Below are positions 24,144 through 36,156 of a stretch of 64,000 nucleotides of DNA, one piece after another. Under the pieces are notes generated by a model that worked only from the letters and a program-made list of their open reading frames with translations, ran no database searches and was not told the origin of the DNA. Each line of letters opens with the position of its first letter. Positions within the stretch are counted from its first letter, which is position 1. Origin of the DNA: Lophium mytilinum (taxonomy: Eukaryota); the NCBI GenBank assembly GCA_010093605.1, contig MU004186.1, forward strand, positions 699,765 through 763,764, written 5' to 3'. A program made the position numbers and the translations under genes.

Positions 24144-24530
24144 ATGTGCTACCGGATAGTGTGCTCTTTTGAGGATTGCCCTCATACTTTCAAGCAGAGA
24201 GTGGTATGCCCAAATCAAGTCCGTCAAGAGGAGTGTCCGCGTTTCGAGCGCGAAAGCCGGATTCACACTCATCCAGGTAGATGCCTAAATGATTCTCGGA
24301 GAACAATCTCGTCTGCTCAACTTCCTAGTCGGTCGAAGAAGCGCACCCCCGAGGAACAAGAGGAGAGGAGACTGAAGAGGGAGATTGAAGACAAGGCGAA
24401 GGCCAAAGCCAAGGCAAAGGCGGAAGCGAAGGCGCAGCAGGACGAGGAGAAGGAAGCCAAATGTGAAGAGCGTCGGTCAATGATGGAAAATAGTAGGTAT
24501 GAAGGCGACAAAGAGGTTAGTAGCCAATAG
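24144..24530 (+). CDS. Small Cys/His-rich hypothetical protein with charged C-terminal helix
   Basis: MCYRIVCSFEDCPH...VCPNQ...ECP...HTHPGRC, then a K/E/A-rich tail. TATA-like TATAAA at ~24030. Confidence 0.6.
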   Translation: MCYRIVCSFEDCPHTFKQRVVCPNQVRQEECPRFERESRIHTHPGRCLNDSRRTISSAQLPSRSKKRTPEEQEERRLKREIEDKAKAKAKAKAEAKAQQDEEKEAKCEERRSMMENSRYEGDKEVSSQ

Positions 24531-24997
24531 GAGACATCTTATATAGCGTTGAGTTTACCGAGGTTCTGGGGCAAAGTGGTAGCCTTTCCTTAACTCTCAA
24601 CTGATTGAATGGAAAGAAAAATCGCAGCCTGACGAATCTTAGTAAAACAGCGTGATCTAACCCACTCTTCTTTGTATGGCAGGATGTTATGTACTCGTAT
24701 TCGGCATGTTCACGTGATCGAGTTTTCAGCTCCCTTCCCCGCAACACGCCTTTGTCCTTTGTCTTGTTGGCGAGTAAGCCTTCGCTGCACGCCTCGAACC
24801 CTCCCATTTCCTAACCACGAATCTTTTAAGGACGATCTGAGGTAAGGCGTTCACATGTCGAAGTTCTCAAGCTGTATTTAACTTGAGTGATCTTAACACA
24901 GTTGTCTGTTCCTTCGCTCTCGTCACTAAATCCTAATTTGAACCCCCGCTCCCCCACGCACTACCTAAAAAAAGAGATCACTTCTCGATTCTTGAAT

Positions 24998-26199
24998 ATG
25001 TCAAAAGTAGCCTTCTATACACTCAGTCTCCTCGGCACATGTGGGATCTGGGGTCGCAACGTCTTGGATGGCAGCTTCGCCCTCGTTTTCGACGCCATTA
25101 ATAGCGAGAGCACCCACATTCCCGGGACAAAAGAGCAATTGCTGACTTCCATCACTGGAATACGATATCCTATCGACTATCAGCTGGGATTTCTCGTCTT
25201 ATATTTCTGGGAATCAGTCGATGGCTCGCATCCGGCAACATCCGCTGTAGGCATATACTTTCTCGGACAATACCTAAGTATTCTCACGGTCGTATTGACC
25301 GATAGTCTTCGCAAAGGCCAAGTGTCGGGATTCGGGAAGTGAGTGCATCCCGTCTCTGCACGGTTGAGGAGATACTGACCGCTTGATTCCTCAGAGCTAT
25401 CGCCTGGTTTCTTCTCTTCCAGGCATCAGCAATAGGCTGCTCAAGCGGCATCTGGGCAGCCCTATACACCGGCAGCTCTCCGCTAGTTTACAAAAACCTA
25501 CCATTTAGCTCATTACAACAAGCATCTCTCACGCCGCCTTCGTCAACCGTATTCCTCATCCCCGCTCTAACCTTCGGCTTCATCGCCCCATCCATTATCA
25601 TGGCTATCCCGTCCCCATCCCTCGTGTCCAACCGCTTCCAGCAGCTCGCTGTTGTCGTTTGGAACGTATTTCCGCTTGTAGTCTTAGCACTGCACAAGAC
25701 ATTCTCCGTCCTCCTCCCAACCAAAGGCTTCCTGAAACAAACATCCCCAACTTCCCACCTCAAAGCCATCCGCATAACCAACGGATGCGCCCTTGCAACC
25801 AGCTTCGCCGTCCACATTGCTGTGTCTAGCCTCAGCCTCGCCACCGTCTTGTTCCCCGCTGTTTTTGCGCCTGGATACGCGGAGGAGCTTGGTCCGACGT
25901 CTGTCTTTGTGCCGCCGATTGCCATCTCCAAGAGCAAGACGGTGGGCGAGGGGTTCAGGAGTTTCTTGCTGTGGGATCAGGTATTTGGGTACTCGATTAT
26001 GCTGGTCGTTGCACTGATGCAGCTGGAGACATCGGTCAAGGCCCATGGAAAGACATTCAGTTGGGTAAAGACGGTTCCGGTTGCTTTGGTTGGAGCGGTG
26101 GTTGCTGGACCGGGCAGTGTGTCACTGGCTGTCAGTTGGGTTAGGGATGAGATTTTGTTTGAGTATGGGAAGGATTCCGCCGTGGCGAAGAAACGTTGA
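24998..26199 (+). CDS. Multi-pass membrane protein resembling CtvD/AurD-type epoxide hydrolase/cyclase family
   Basis: Exons 24998-25338 and 25395-26199. L..SITGI..ID..L..LV.YFW..VDGSHP..S, FLLWD and GPGS....W.RD resemble CtvD/AurD-like proteins as I recall them. Several hydrophobic segments. Confidence 0.65.
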
Positions 26200-27114
26200 G
26201 GGGTGGTATGAGATGATGGAGATAGCCACTATGCGTGGCGGTAAGTTGTTGGTAAGATGCGTCATCTTACGCATATGCGGTCTTTCCTACTACTCTCTAA
26301 TGTAATTTGATGAGTCTTGAAAAACTGAACAAGATGAAAATTCGCTAATTGAAAAACTGGAAATTCGACATTATGAATGACGGGCTCCTTGAAAACTGGT
26401 TAGCTGCGAGATAACTCTTTCTACCACGACCCACGCGAAATTCTCGCAGTGCTAGGTGCGGCGCATGTGTTCAAATAGCTGTGAAGGAGCGTCTAGGAAT
26501 GCAAGATATCAGACTGGACAGAACGTTCCGATTACGACACTCCTGCTCTCTAAAGGATCGTGAAATTGGAACGCTTTAAAAAACGAGCTATACAATGTAG
26601 AGGCTGTGGACATAGTGCACTTGTAAGCATATCGCGTTGCCAAGAGCTATGCTTCCCTCCAACGAGGTACTTGATATACTTTGAACTCCTTCCGTGGTGG
26701 GGCATCTACGGAAATAGGAGATAAGCCATCTTGGTCGTATGTTAGAAATACAAAGCAACTTGATGTTGCAGCATCTAGAAAATATCATTGAACGCCGTTA
26801 AGCTAACACCGACTATTTCCACCAATGACGTCAGCGTGGAGAAGGTCGTGCATGGGGCGACGATACTAGAAGTAGCGTGCTTAAGTCAGTCAGCTTCGAG
26901 GCTAAACTAACCTGTATAATCTTCGGATCTAGTCGGTAGAAGGAGATAAGTCAAGTGCTAGAATGGACTACGAGTATATAGTCTCAGACTATCTCAGGTC
27001 TTCAGGATATCGAAGGCAAGTCAGCATTGTATTCAACGGCCCACTCGAGTTCTACTACAATCCATAGACCTGATAATTGAGGTCATTCTATTACACGCAA
27101 CAAAACCAACAGTC

Positions 27115-28265
27115 ATGTCTCCTCCATACGGCGCCGAAACCACAGGCGAGGAGCTCGTCCAGGCCTTCGCCAGCCAGATTAAAGGCAAAGTCATATTGAC
27201 CACTGGCGTCTCCCCAGGAGGCCTAGGCGCTTTCTTCGTCGAAGTCATAGCGAAAGCTCAGCCCGATCTACTAATTCTTGCTGGTCGGGACACGACGAAA
27301 GTCCAAAAGACCGCCGACACGATTACGGCCGCACATAAGGATGTGAAAGTTCGCGTTCTTAAGCTGGACCTCGCCTCCCTGAAGCAAATTCGGGAGGCCG
27401 CCGCTACTGTCAATTCATGGACCGACGTTCCGCATATCGATGTGCTGATGAACAATGCGGGAATCATGGCCTGCGATTACGGGAAGTCTGAGGAGGGCTT
27501 CGAAAAGCAATTTGCGACAAACCATCTTGGACCTTTCCTATTTACCAACCTGATTATCGAGAAAGTGATCGCAGCTAGCAGGCCGAGGGTCGTGATGGTC
27601 AGTAGTGACGGGCATCGTTTAGGTGCTATCCGATTCGATGACTACAACTTCGACGTGCGTAGTTTCTGGCTCGCTCATATTCATTCCCAAAGCTAACATA
27701 TAACTTTAGAATGGCGAGACCTACGACAAATGGCGGAGCTATGGACAAAGTAAAACTGCGAATATGCTGTTTGCTCTCTCCTTAGCCGAGAAACTGGGGA
27801 AGCGCGGACTCAGTGCTTACAGCTTGCATCCTGGCGTCATTGGCACCAATCTAGGAGCGAAGTTGGACTGGGAAGTAGATTTTAACGATCTTCGTGAGCG
27901 TTTCTTCCAGATTTTGTGAGCTTCTTGACTGACTAATTCCAAGGTGCTCTGGACAAGGTACAGGGCAACAAGGAGGGCTGGGCCGATTTCAAGTTTAAGA
28001 CAGGTGACAGTGGCAGTGGCGTCGCGACACACGTCTATGCAGCGTTCGATCCAAGCCTGTCAGGTAATTATATCCCATGACGTATTCTTCTCTAGAAAGC
28101 AAAGCATTTTAACGGGGAACAGGTCGCAATGGCGCGTATCTCCAGGACTGTCATGTTGGAGATCCGTGGACGGACACAGTGAAGCCGTGGGCGACAAATG
28201 GTGTTGAGGCGGAGCGTTTATGGTTACTGAGTGAAAAGCTAGTTGGGGAGACGTTCAAGTATTGA
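27115..28265 (+). CDS. Short-chain dehydrogenase/reductase (retinol-dehydrogenase/WWOX-like subgroup)
   Basis: TTGVSPGGLG, NNAGIMA, FATNHLGPFLFTNL, catalytic YGQSK, SLHPG, AERLW..SEKLVGETF. Four exons. Confidence 0.92.
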
Positions 28266-28924
28266 ACAACCGAAACTTATGAATGGAGATTGGAAGAGTG
28301 AGAAGGGTGAGAAGGAAGATGGTGCAAGGTTCGAAACCGCTAATACACATTCAGACGAGCCGAGGCATCGAAAAGTTTAATACCACCTCCTGAGCTTCCA
28401 TCTTCATCATCTTAACAGGAGCTATCAATTCTGCCTTCATCTCGGATGAATCTATGGATCCCCTTAGCATTCCAATGTGGAAGGGGTCAATATGCTCTGA
28501 TTTGATATACCAATATCGACCCAGTTATATATTCTACGTCCCCAGCCTTACCTCTTTCGACACGGAAGAACCCCATTGATTTCACAAGGTTTCTCAGAAC
28601 AGTATAGAGCTTCCCGTCGCTCCACACTTTGGCGAATACCCCGGAACTACGGTTTCGGCATGGCGGCAAGAAGCCGCGTCGCTTAACGATATGGGCTCAC
28701 GGAAAGCAGGCCCCTCGGAACCGTCAGATATATCAGATCGTGTGATCAAAAGAGATACTGCAATTTGGCTCCAATGCCTACGAGCGGCTGAATACGAAAT
28801 TGTCACTGTGCTCAAATTTACTTTAGGAGCCTAAGTTGTGGATGTCCCGTAGCTTCTGTATTCTCCAATGGTCCCGCTCAATCACTTCCGGATTTGATCC
28901 CAAAACTCATTTTCCTAGTGAATC

Positions 28925-30469
28925 ATGAAATTTATACCCGTGTTGTCTCTGACTGCTGTGGCTGTCGCTCAGCAGGCAGCGTATGGGCAGTGTGGTGGTA
29001 ATGGTTGGTCCGGGGGAACTACTTGTGTTTCAGGATATTACTGCAGATTTTCCAGCGACTATTACTCCCAATGCGTTCCTGGTACTGGTGGGCATCCATT
29101 TCTTCAAAAAACTTTAGTGTTGCGTCTGACCTTTCAAGCGTCTGGTGGAGCAACGACGCTCTCGACTGTTGTAGGAGTTGGTACAAGCACCACGCCACCC
29201 ACCACTGGAGCAACAGGCACGATCTCTAAAGCTAGCGGGACGAAATTCACTATTGATGGAGTGACGAAATGTTAGTGGCATTGTACCGTCTTTAGAAGAC
29301 TACCTGTTGACTGGAGTAGATTTCGCTGGTACCAATGCTTACTGGATCGGCTTCCTTACGAACAATGCGGATGTCGACACCGTAATGAGCCATTTGCAAT
29401 CGTCCGGACTAAAGATCCTTCGCGTATGGGGTTTCAACGATGTCACTTCTGTTCCTGGCTCTGGAACGGTGTACTACCAGTCATTCTCCGGCTCCTCTGC
29501 TACGATCAACACGGGCGCAGATGGTCTTCAGCGACTTGACTACGTAGTTCAAAGCGCCGCTGCCCATGGCATCAAGCTCATCATAAATTTTGTTAACAAC
29601 TGGACCGACTATGGCGGTATGGCAGCATATATGAAAGCTTGCGGTGGGTCCACCAACAAGGATTGGTATCAAAGTTCTTCGTGCCAGGCCTTATACAAGA
29701 ATTACATCAAGGCAGTCGTGAGCAGATACTCGAGCTCTCCGGCTATTTTTGCCTGGGAGTTAGCAAATGAGCCGAGATGTAATGGCTGCGATACGTAAGT
29801 GCCGCATCTTCAGAACTATCCCCATCATTTTCCTTCGAGTACGCCATAGCTGATTCGCGGAACAGATCGATTTTAACAAACTGGATCAAAACAACTAGCG
29901 CTTACATCAAGAGCTTAGATTCGACACACATGGTGACTGTTGGTGACGAGGGCTTCGGTGTATCCGGAGGCGATGGAAGCTACCCTTATAGTGAGTCAAT
30001 GCAATATCCTAACGTCACTCCTCGCTAACTTGCTGAAGCATCTGGCGAGGGTTGGGACTGGGATACCAATCTCGCAATCTCTACCATCGATTTCGGCACA
30101 TTCCATCTCTATCCATCAAGCTGTGAGTAACTTCGTCTAGCTTCGGAGGATCATGTGATACTAATATCAATCTTAGGGGGCACTTCTAACGATTGGGGTA
30201 ACGGCTGGATTCAAGCACACGCTGCAGCATGCGTCAAAGCGAACAAACCTTGTCTTCTCGAGGAATACGGTGTCTCTTCTGACCATTGCACCATCGAAGG
30301 TGCTTGGCAAAAGACCTCCTTGTCCACCACTGGCATGGCAGCAGATCTTTTCTGGGATGAGGGTGACCAACTTACCTCGGGCAAGACTTCCGACGATGGG
30401 AACACCATTTTCTACGGTACCAGCGATTGGACTTGTTTAGTTACGAACCATGTAAGCGCTATCGGATAG
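28925..30469 (+). CDS. manA: Secreted endo-beta-1,4-mannanase, GH5_7, with N-terminal CBM1
   Basis: Signal peptide; CBM1 [35 protein letters not shown]; Thr-rich linker; [32 protein letters not shown] (acid/base), LEEYG (nucleophile). About five introns. Confidence 0.95.
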
Positions 30470-30789
30470 GGCAGTCTGTTTTCTGGTGGGCTTCCAACCT
30501 TGCAATTTTCTGCACGATGTGGAGAAATGAGAAAGAATTGCGGACTATGAGCCATTCGAAATGATCCACTTGTGCACTTGCTCAATAATAATCTTGAACG
30601 ATGTTGCCAGGCTACAGAATTGTAGCTCACCTTACAGTGTACTATAAACATCTCAGACGGAGTCCGACTTTCCTCATCGTCCCTTTCGAACTTCCGAGGG
30701 TCTACCTAAATAAGCTTGCTACGCCATTCTCCTACGTATCATGGCGGTTCCCCGCCTGTTCGTCTCTTTCAGGCAAATCTCCCCTGCAC

Positions 30790-30803
30790 CGGTAGCGGCT
30801 CCG
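30790..30803. promoter_or_regulatory. CGG-N8-CCG motif (ClrB/CLR-2/ManR-type Zn2Cys6 site) upstream of the LPMO
   Basis: CGGTAGCGGCTCCG about 430 bp upstream of ATG 31231. Matches the established cellulose-responsive consensus, but the motif is short. Confidence 0.45.
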
Positions 30804-31230
30804 CCGGGATATCATGAAGCCAGGCATCAGCAGGGGCTCTAATATATACCCACCAATAGGACCAACCAGCCGGACTCCAGATTGTATATTAATATAACCC
30901 GGCCGTCTTCCCCTCTGTTACAGCTCGCGTTGTTCTTCACGTCACCTGCCAAACCATGTTTGAATCAGCTCGGCATTGACCATCGTCCAGACGTGTCTAC
31001 TCGCTAGCTTTGGTTGGCGAATCTCAGCTCCTATTATTAATATATCTGAAAATAAGAACACAGAGCACTGTCCAGCATGACTCTCTCCAGGAAAGTTCTA
31101 CGGCAGATAGAGTATCTCCATGACGCAGAAAGAAAAGACCCGCAGAGTCTCCAACCCCATATAAAGCTCCAATGCCTTCATCTAAGCCATGGACACATTT
31201 TCAATTCCACATCGTCTCTGCCAGCTCACG

Positions 31231-32124
31231 ATGAAGTGTCTCCTTATCCTCCTAGCCACGGCCTCATCCATCACTGCCCACTCCACATGGCAAGAACTTT
31301 GGGTCGGCAGCACCGACGAAGCCGGCACCTGTGTCCGCCTCCCGCCCAACAACAACCCCGTGACAGATGTCACATCCAACGACCTCCGCTGCAATGTCGG
31401 CGGCACGACAGGCGTCTCTGGCGTCTGTGAAGTTGCCGGTAAGCCCACGACAGACCTCTCACTCCGCCAATACCAACATCTCTAACCAACCTCCCCAGCC
31501 GGCAACACCCTCACCGTAGAAATGCACGCCCAACCCGGCGACCGCTCCTGCGCCAACCCCGCCATCGGCGGCAACCACTACGGACCTGTAATGGTCTACA
31601 TGTCCGCCGTCGCCGACGCCACCACCGCCGACGGCTCATCGTCCTGGTTCAAGGTTGCGCAGGACTCGTACGCCGGCACGACAGAGAGCTGGGGGACGGA
31701 GATCCTGAACGCGAACTGCGGGAAGCGCACGTTTACGGTGCCAAAGACGCTGGCGAGTGGGAACTATCTGGTTAGGGCGGAGGCAATTGCGCTGCATGCG
31801 GCGAGCAGTTCCGGCGGGGCGCAGTTTTATATGAGCTGTTATCAGAGTAAGTGGTTTCATGATGTGTGTGATGGAAGGGGAAGGGGGGTTTGAGGATGTG
31901 GGCTAATGGGCGCGTGTTAGTTAATGTTACTGGCGGTGGTTCAGCGAAGCCTACGGGGGTGCTGTTTCCGGGGGCGTATAAGGCGAGGTGAGTGATGCTT
32001 TCTGATATGAATGGAGAAGATAAGTAGGAATGCTGATGTGTACAGCGATCCTGGAATTCTCATCAATATTTATCAAACACCGCTCACATACACGGCTCCG
32101 GGACCTGCTGTGTGGACAGGTTAG
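31231..32124 (+). CDS. AA9 lytic polysaccharide monooxygenase (probably C4-oxidising type, no CBM)
   Basis: Signal MKCLLILLATASSITA then His1 (HSTWQEL). CVRLPPNNNPVTDVTSNDLRCN, EMHAQPGDRSC...IGGNHYGP, EAIALH...AQFYMSCYQ, PGPAVW. Exons ~31231-31438, 31499-31846, 31921-31988, 32046-32124. Confidence 0.95.
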
Positions 32125-32431
32125 TGACTGCGGAGGAATGGCATATCAACTTCTTTCGGGGTCGCAGAGAGTAGTCAGTCGTCATCGATCAACAGAGGAA
32201 CACGTGAGACAAGTATGTTATGATACTTGAATTTTGTATGATGGTTGTTCTCCCTGCCGCCGTTGGTAAACCACGACAGAACAAGAGAAGAAGAGTAGCA
32301 CCAATGAAACAGGAAATCAGAATGTGTAAACACCTCCAGATGTATGCCTTACTTGTCGTCTAAGCTTCTTCATCCACCTAGAATCTTTTGCAAGACTCTG
32401 TACTGCTCGTCGAATTGAGCTGCAAGCAGCA

Positions 32432-35088
32432 TCAAGTTTTGCTGCCAGTGTTAGGTCGGCGGCGTTTTGGGGTCGGAGTGCTGGGCTCTCCGTTCTTAGC
32501 CTTCGCAGATCGCTTCTTAGAAGCGTTTGACCTAGCTGACGGTATATCTGGCTCCTGGCCTTCAGGCTCCTGGTCTTTTGGCTGTGCAATGATACCCTTC
32601 CCACCCAGTGAATTGCTGGCATGGTACCAGTCATGGTTTCCAGGAAATCGCCCGCCCCAATCCTGTGTTCGGATATCAAGCTTGCCTCCCTGAGCTGAGT
32701 GTATGTTAGTTGAAGTTACGCAAAGGTTCAGATTGGCTCAAACTTACTCCATTTCGGTGGACCAGCACTGGGAGCAGATATGTTAGGATCAGCTACCGGC
32801 CAGGCACCCTTTGGAGGCAGTCCGTAGAAAGCGCCGCTCTCAGCCCTCGATATCATCGGGAAATATGCTTTCGTTGGATCGAGATCTTTGAAGAGAGCAG
32901 ATCGATCGCGCAGGGAACGTGCCTGTTTGATGCAGCCACATGTATCTGTACTTAGTTAGTTATCCTGCCGTGATAGAACTTGCTGACAAATTAGAGAGAA
33001 GGTTTCCAAAAGTCGCAATTATGAATAACATTACCTTCTTTGAACAGGAGGCTCGCCCGCGTGTGTGCGCATGTTTCTGCTCGATGGAGAACGACTTGCA
33101 ACATCTTCTGCGTGCGATCAGCCACCGCATTCCGCTCCGCACAGGTCCATGTCACGAGCAACTCGCCGTCTTTGCTAGTTCTCGATACCTCCACTGCCCG
33201 GGGCATCTGTGAGATCCGGATCGAGACGATACTTCCAAGACATGCTTTTAGCTCGCCCAAAGAGACATCGCCTATGTCTCGAGCCTCGAACACGTCCATC
33301 ACTTTGTGACAGAGAGACGCAACGGCGTGGTCGCACAGAAAGAGGCCTGCAGCTTTCCCCTTGAGAAGGCCTTCCATCTCCTCCTTTCCAAAATCGCACA
33401 TGTTTTGTTCATGTGCTCCTTCATAGGTCAGCCACTTGTCGTCGATCTTCAATTCTTTGCTTGATCGCGTATAGACAGCATCAATCCTTAGATTCTCGGT
33501 ATGGACAAAGCTGATGCCCATATCTGCGGTGACAGGGTGGGATGCAAGGCAAGCTTTGAGACACCTCGATATATGCTCGAAGAAGCAAGTCGACGGCAAC
33601 ACAGTCTTCTTCGCTTGAAGAAACAGATGATGACGCTCGCGTTCCGGCGTACGGCAAAGGCTGTACTTGGTGAACATGTCCCAAAGTTGTTTTGAGAGCA
33701 GGACCGGTTCGCGCTTTAGGCATTCGCGAATAATATGGGCATCCTGCTCACGTTAGTAAGAAATTTTGAAATAGATACATAAACTTACATGTGTTCCTCC
33801 GCTTGAGAAATAGTAGAATGGACGAAGATTGTCTCCATTTCCGTGATTACTCCCAATCAGATATGCCCAGATCTTCTTAACGGCAGACTCTGGGACGAAT
33901 TGGTCGGCCTCACTAACGTCTGCAGAGGATTGCAGTTCTTCTCGCAACATGCGGGTGTACTTTGCGACAAGAGAAGTCTCAGAGGAGTCGTTGTCGGTGC
34001 TCAATGCCTCTCCCCAAATTCCAGCCAGTTTGCGGGCTTCATCTCTGGCATTGGCCAGGTTGGCTCTATCACGGCCTGTTGTACCGTTTAGGAAGTTGTA
34101 CCCAAACCGAAACTTCTTTCCGCTGGCACTCGGATTCAAAAGCAAGAGACCTTTCAGGTATGTCTTATTTTCGAATTTCGGATCCAGTATGAGATCTCCA
34201 TGGGAGGTCCGGATCTTCTCCGAGGGCGGACTCACGTCAATGGTGACCGTCAGCCAGTCTCTGAACGCTTGCAGAGAAACTTTGACACTGTTTCGTTTTT
34301 CTCCACTCGAAGTTCTGCCGATGCGACTAGCACCAATAGTGACTGCTACGTCCTCCCAAATGTGGCTTTTGAGTTCTCGTGGCTGTCCTTTACTGATGCG
34401 CTCTTTCTCCGCCGACTTTTCTCGTCTGATGGTAATGTCCTTGGCCCTCCTGAGCTGACAGTGAAGGGTTTTATCCCGAGCACTGAATAGGAAAGTCCAC
34501 ATGTACTTTGAGGCTCCGAGTTGAACGGCATGATTTAGAGGGGATCTCTTCAAGACCAACGCCGCGATTTTCATTCCTTCGCCAAACTGACCAGCCTGGT
34601 TGTTGTCCGTTGCTTTTGTGGTTCCGCCCAAGCCAAGGTGTTGAAGTTGAAGGGAGGCTTTGAAATTGACCAACTTCAAAACACCGACCTCATCTTTGTC
34701 CCATCTGAACCTGATATAGCCCATCAACATGTTGTCACTAGGATGACGAGCTTCGATGACAATGGCGCGGCTAGTTTCCTTGTAGGTTGTCTTGAAATCC
34801 CGAACATCATGGACTATATCACTGAGGAACTTTTTGACGATCCCATCTCGCCTTTCTCTTGTTAGCCATGCGCAAGATGTTAGACGAAGAGAGCTCTTAC
34901 CAATTTTGATAGAACTCACGAAACGCTTCTTTGCCTCCCCAGTTTGGTTGGTACGTGGTCTTGATATTGAGCGCTTTCGTCGTGCTCTGCCCCACTCCTT
35001 CGAGATCGTCTTCCCCAGATTCTTCTCCGCCGGAGTGCTCGTACTGTAAGTCTTCATCCACCGCGCCGACGCCCTCGGAATCCGACAT
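32432..35088 (-). CDS. Uncharacterised GHKL/HATPase-fold protein, paralogue A (~806 aa)
   Basis: Exons 35088-34901, 34851-33789, 33743-33035, 32945-32748 and 32694-32432 sum to 2421 nt in frame. WGGKEAFREFYQNWRDG, GGTTK...GQFGEGMKIAALVL, GYNF...GRDR, FPGNHDW, PTPKRRRP. Confidence 0.8.
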
Positions 35089-36156
35089 TGCGAGGGGCGT
35101 GTTGAGTTGTCGCAGGGAAAGTATAGCGTTGTTGTTCTTGTTGAAGAAGAGAAGAAGGCTAAAGCGAAGGTAAGAGAAGAAGCGGGTGGCACGAGCATAA
35201 AAGTGAAGTGAAAAGCAGCGGCAAGTGAAGATTGAAAGGCGGTGAGACTTCGATTGGACTAAAGGTCTAAATGAGAGAGGTACCGACTTAGCGAGACATG
35301 TTGAGACTTTCGCAAGGCATCCATTCGTTGGATACTAGCGACAAGACTTCAGCTAAGTGCCGCTCTTGGTGGCCTGCACATGCGTGCAAAGGACATACAA
35401 ACTTCGCCACTTCTAGGGTCGAGATTAGCGCTATTGTGAGTGAGGTAGACAAGATGACAGCTCTTATAAGATAGTACCTACCACGCAAAATACTTTCTGT
35501 ACCAAGATAGAAGCACTAACCTCTGCTTTGATGAGAAAATCTGTCTGAAAGTCATACCTGCCAGTCTCAAATCCAACACAGCTCTGTTATGGTTACACTC
35601 GGCGCCGAAGGCTGTGCTCCGAACTATGCCTCATCACTCTGGTGATACTCCATGAATTGACTAGTCACTTCACATTGCTTCTCTTCTTCCTTCGTAGTAT
35701 CTCCTCAAAGTCCTAAGCACTTCTGTGGGCGGACGCGAGTGTTCTAATCGATCATGATTCGCAAGATGACGAGGCCCTTGGAGCACAAGCAGAACGCTCA
35801 CGCTGACTATGTTCTACTCGTATTTGAGTCGAATGAGAAATGGAAGATTGAGATGATTTCTTGTTAAGCTATGCTCAGCACCATCCATGGTCTTCGGTGG
35901 CGTCCACTTACTATGCATCCTAACACCAAGGGGAGATGCTACATACCAAAATTACCCTAACAGCAAGTCGTGGCTCAAAGACCTCTAAACAACCTCCTCA
36001 AAAGAAATCACTCAAAGGTGTGAATCGAGGAAAGCGAAAGATCCACTATCGTGATATGCGCATCATATTACTCAATCCAATTACAACCTGACACCATGTG
36101 CTATCACAATGAATCCATCCCCATCACACAACTTTCAAAATCATCCCGAAAATGGA

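Noticed and set aside
28328..28338. GGTTCGAAACC B-box-like motif (similar one near 44113)
   Set aside because: No T-stem pairing, A-box or cloverleaf, so not a tRNA.
32317..32679. 120-aa ORF as the last exon of GHKL paralogue A
   Set aside because: A different frame matches paralogue B (FPGxHDW) and fits the splice phase.
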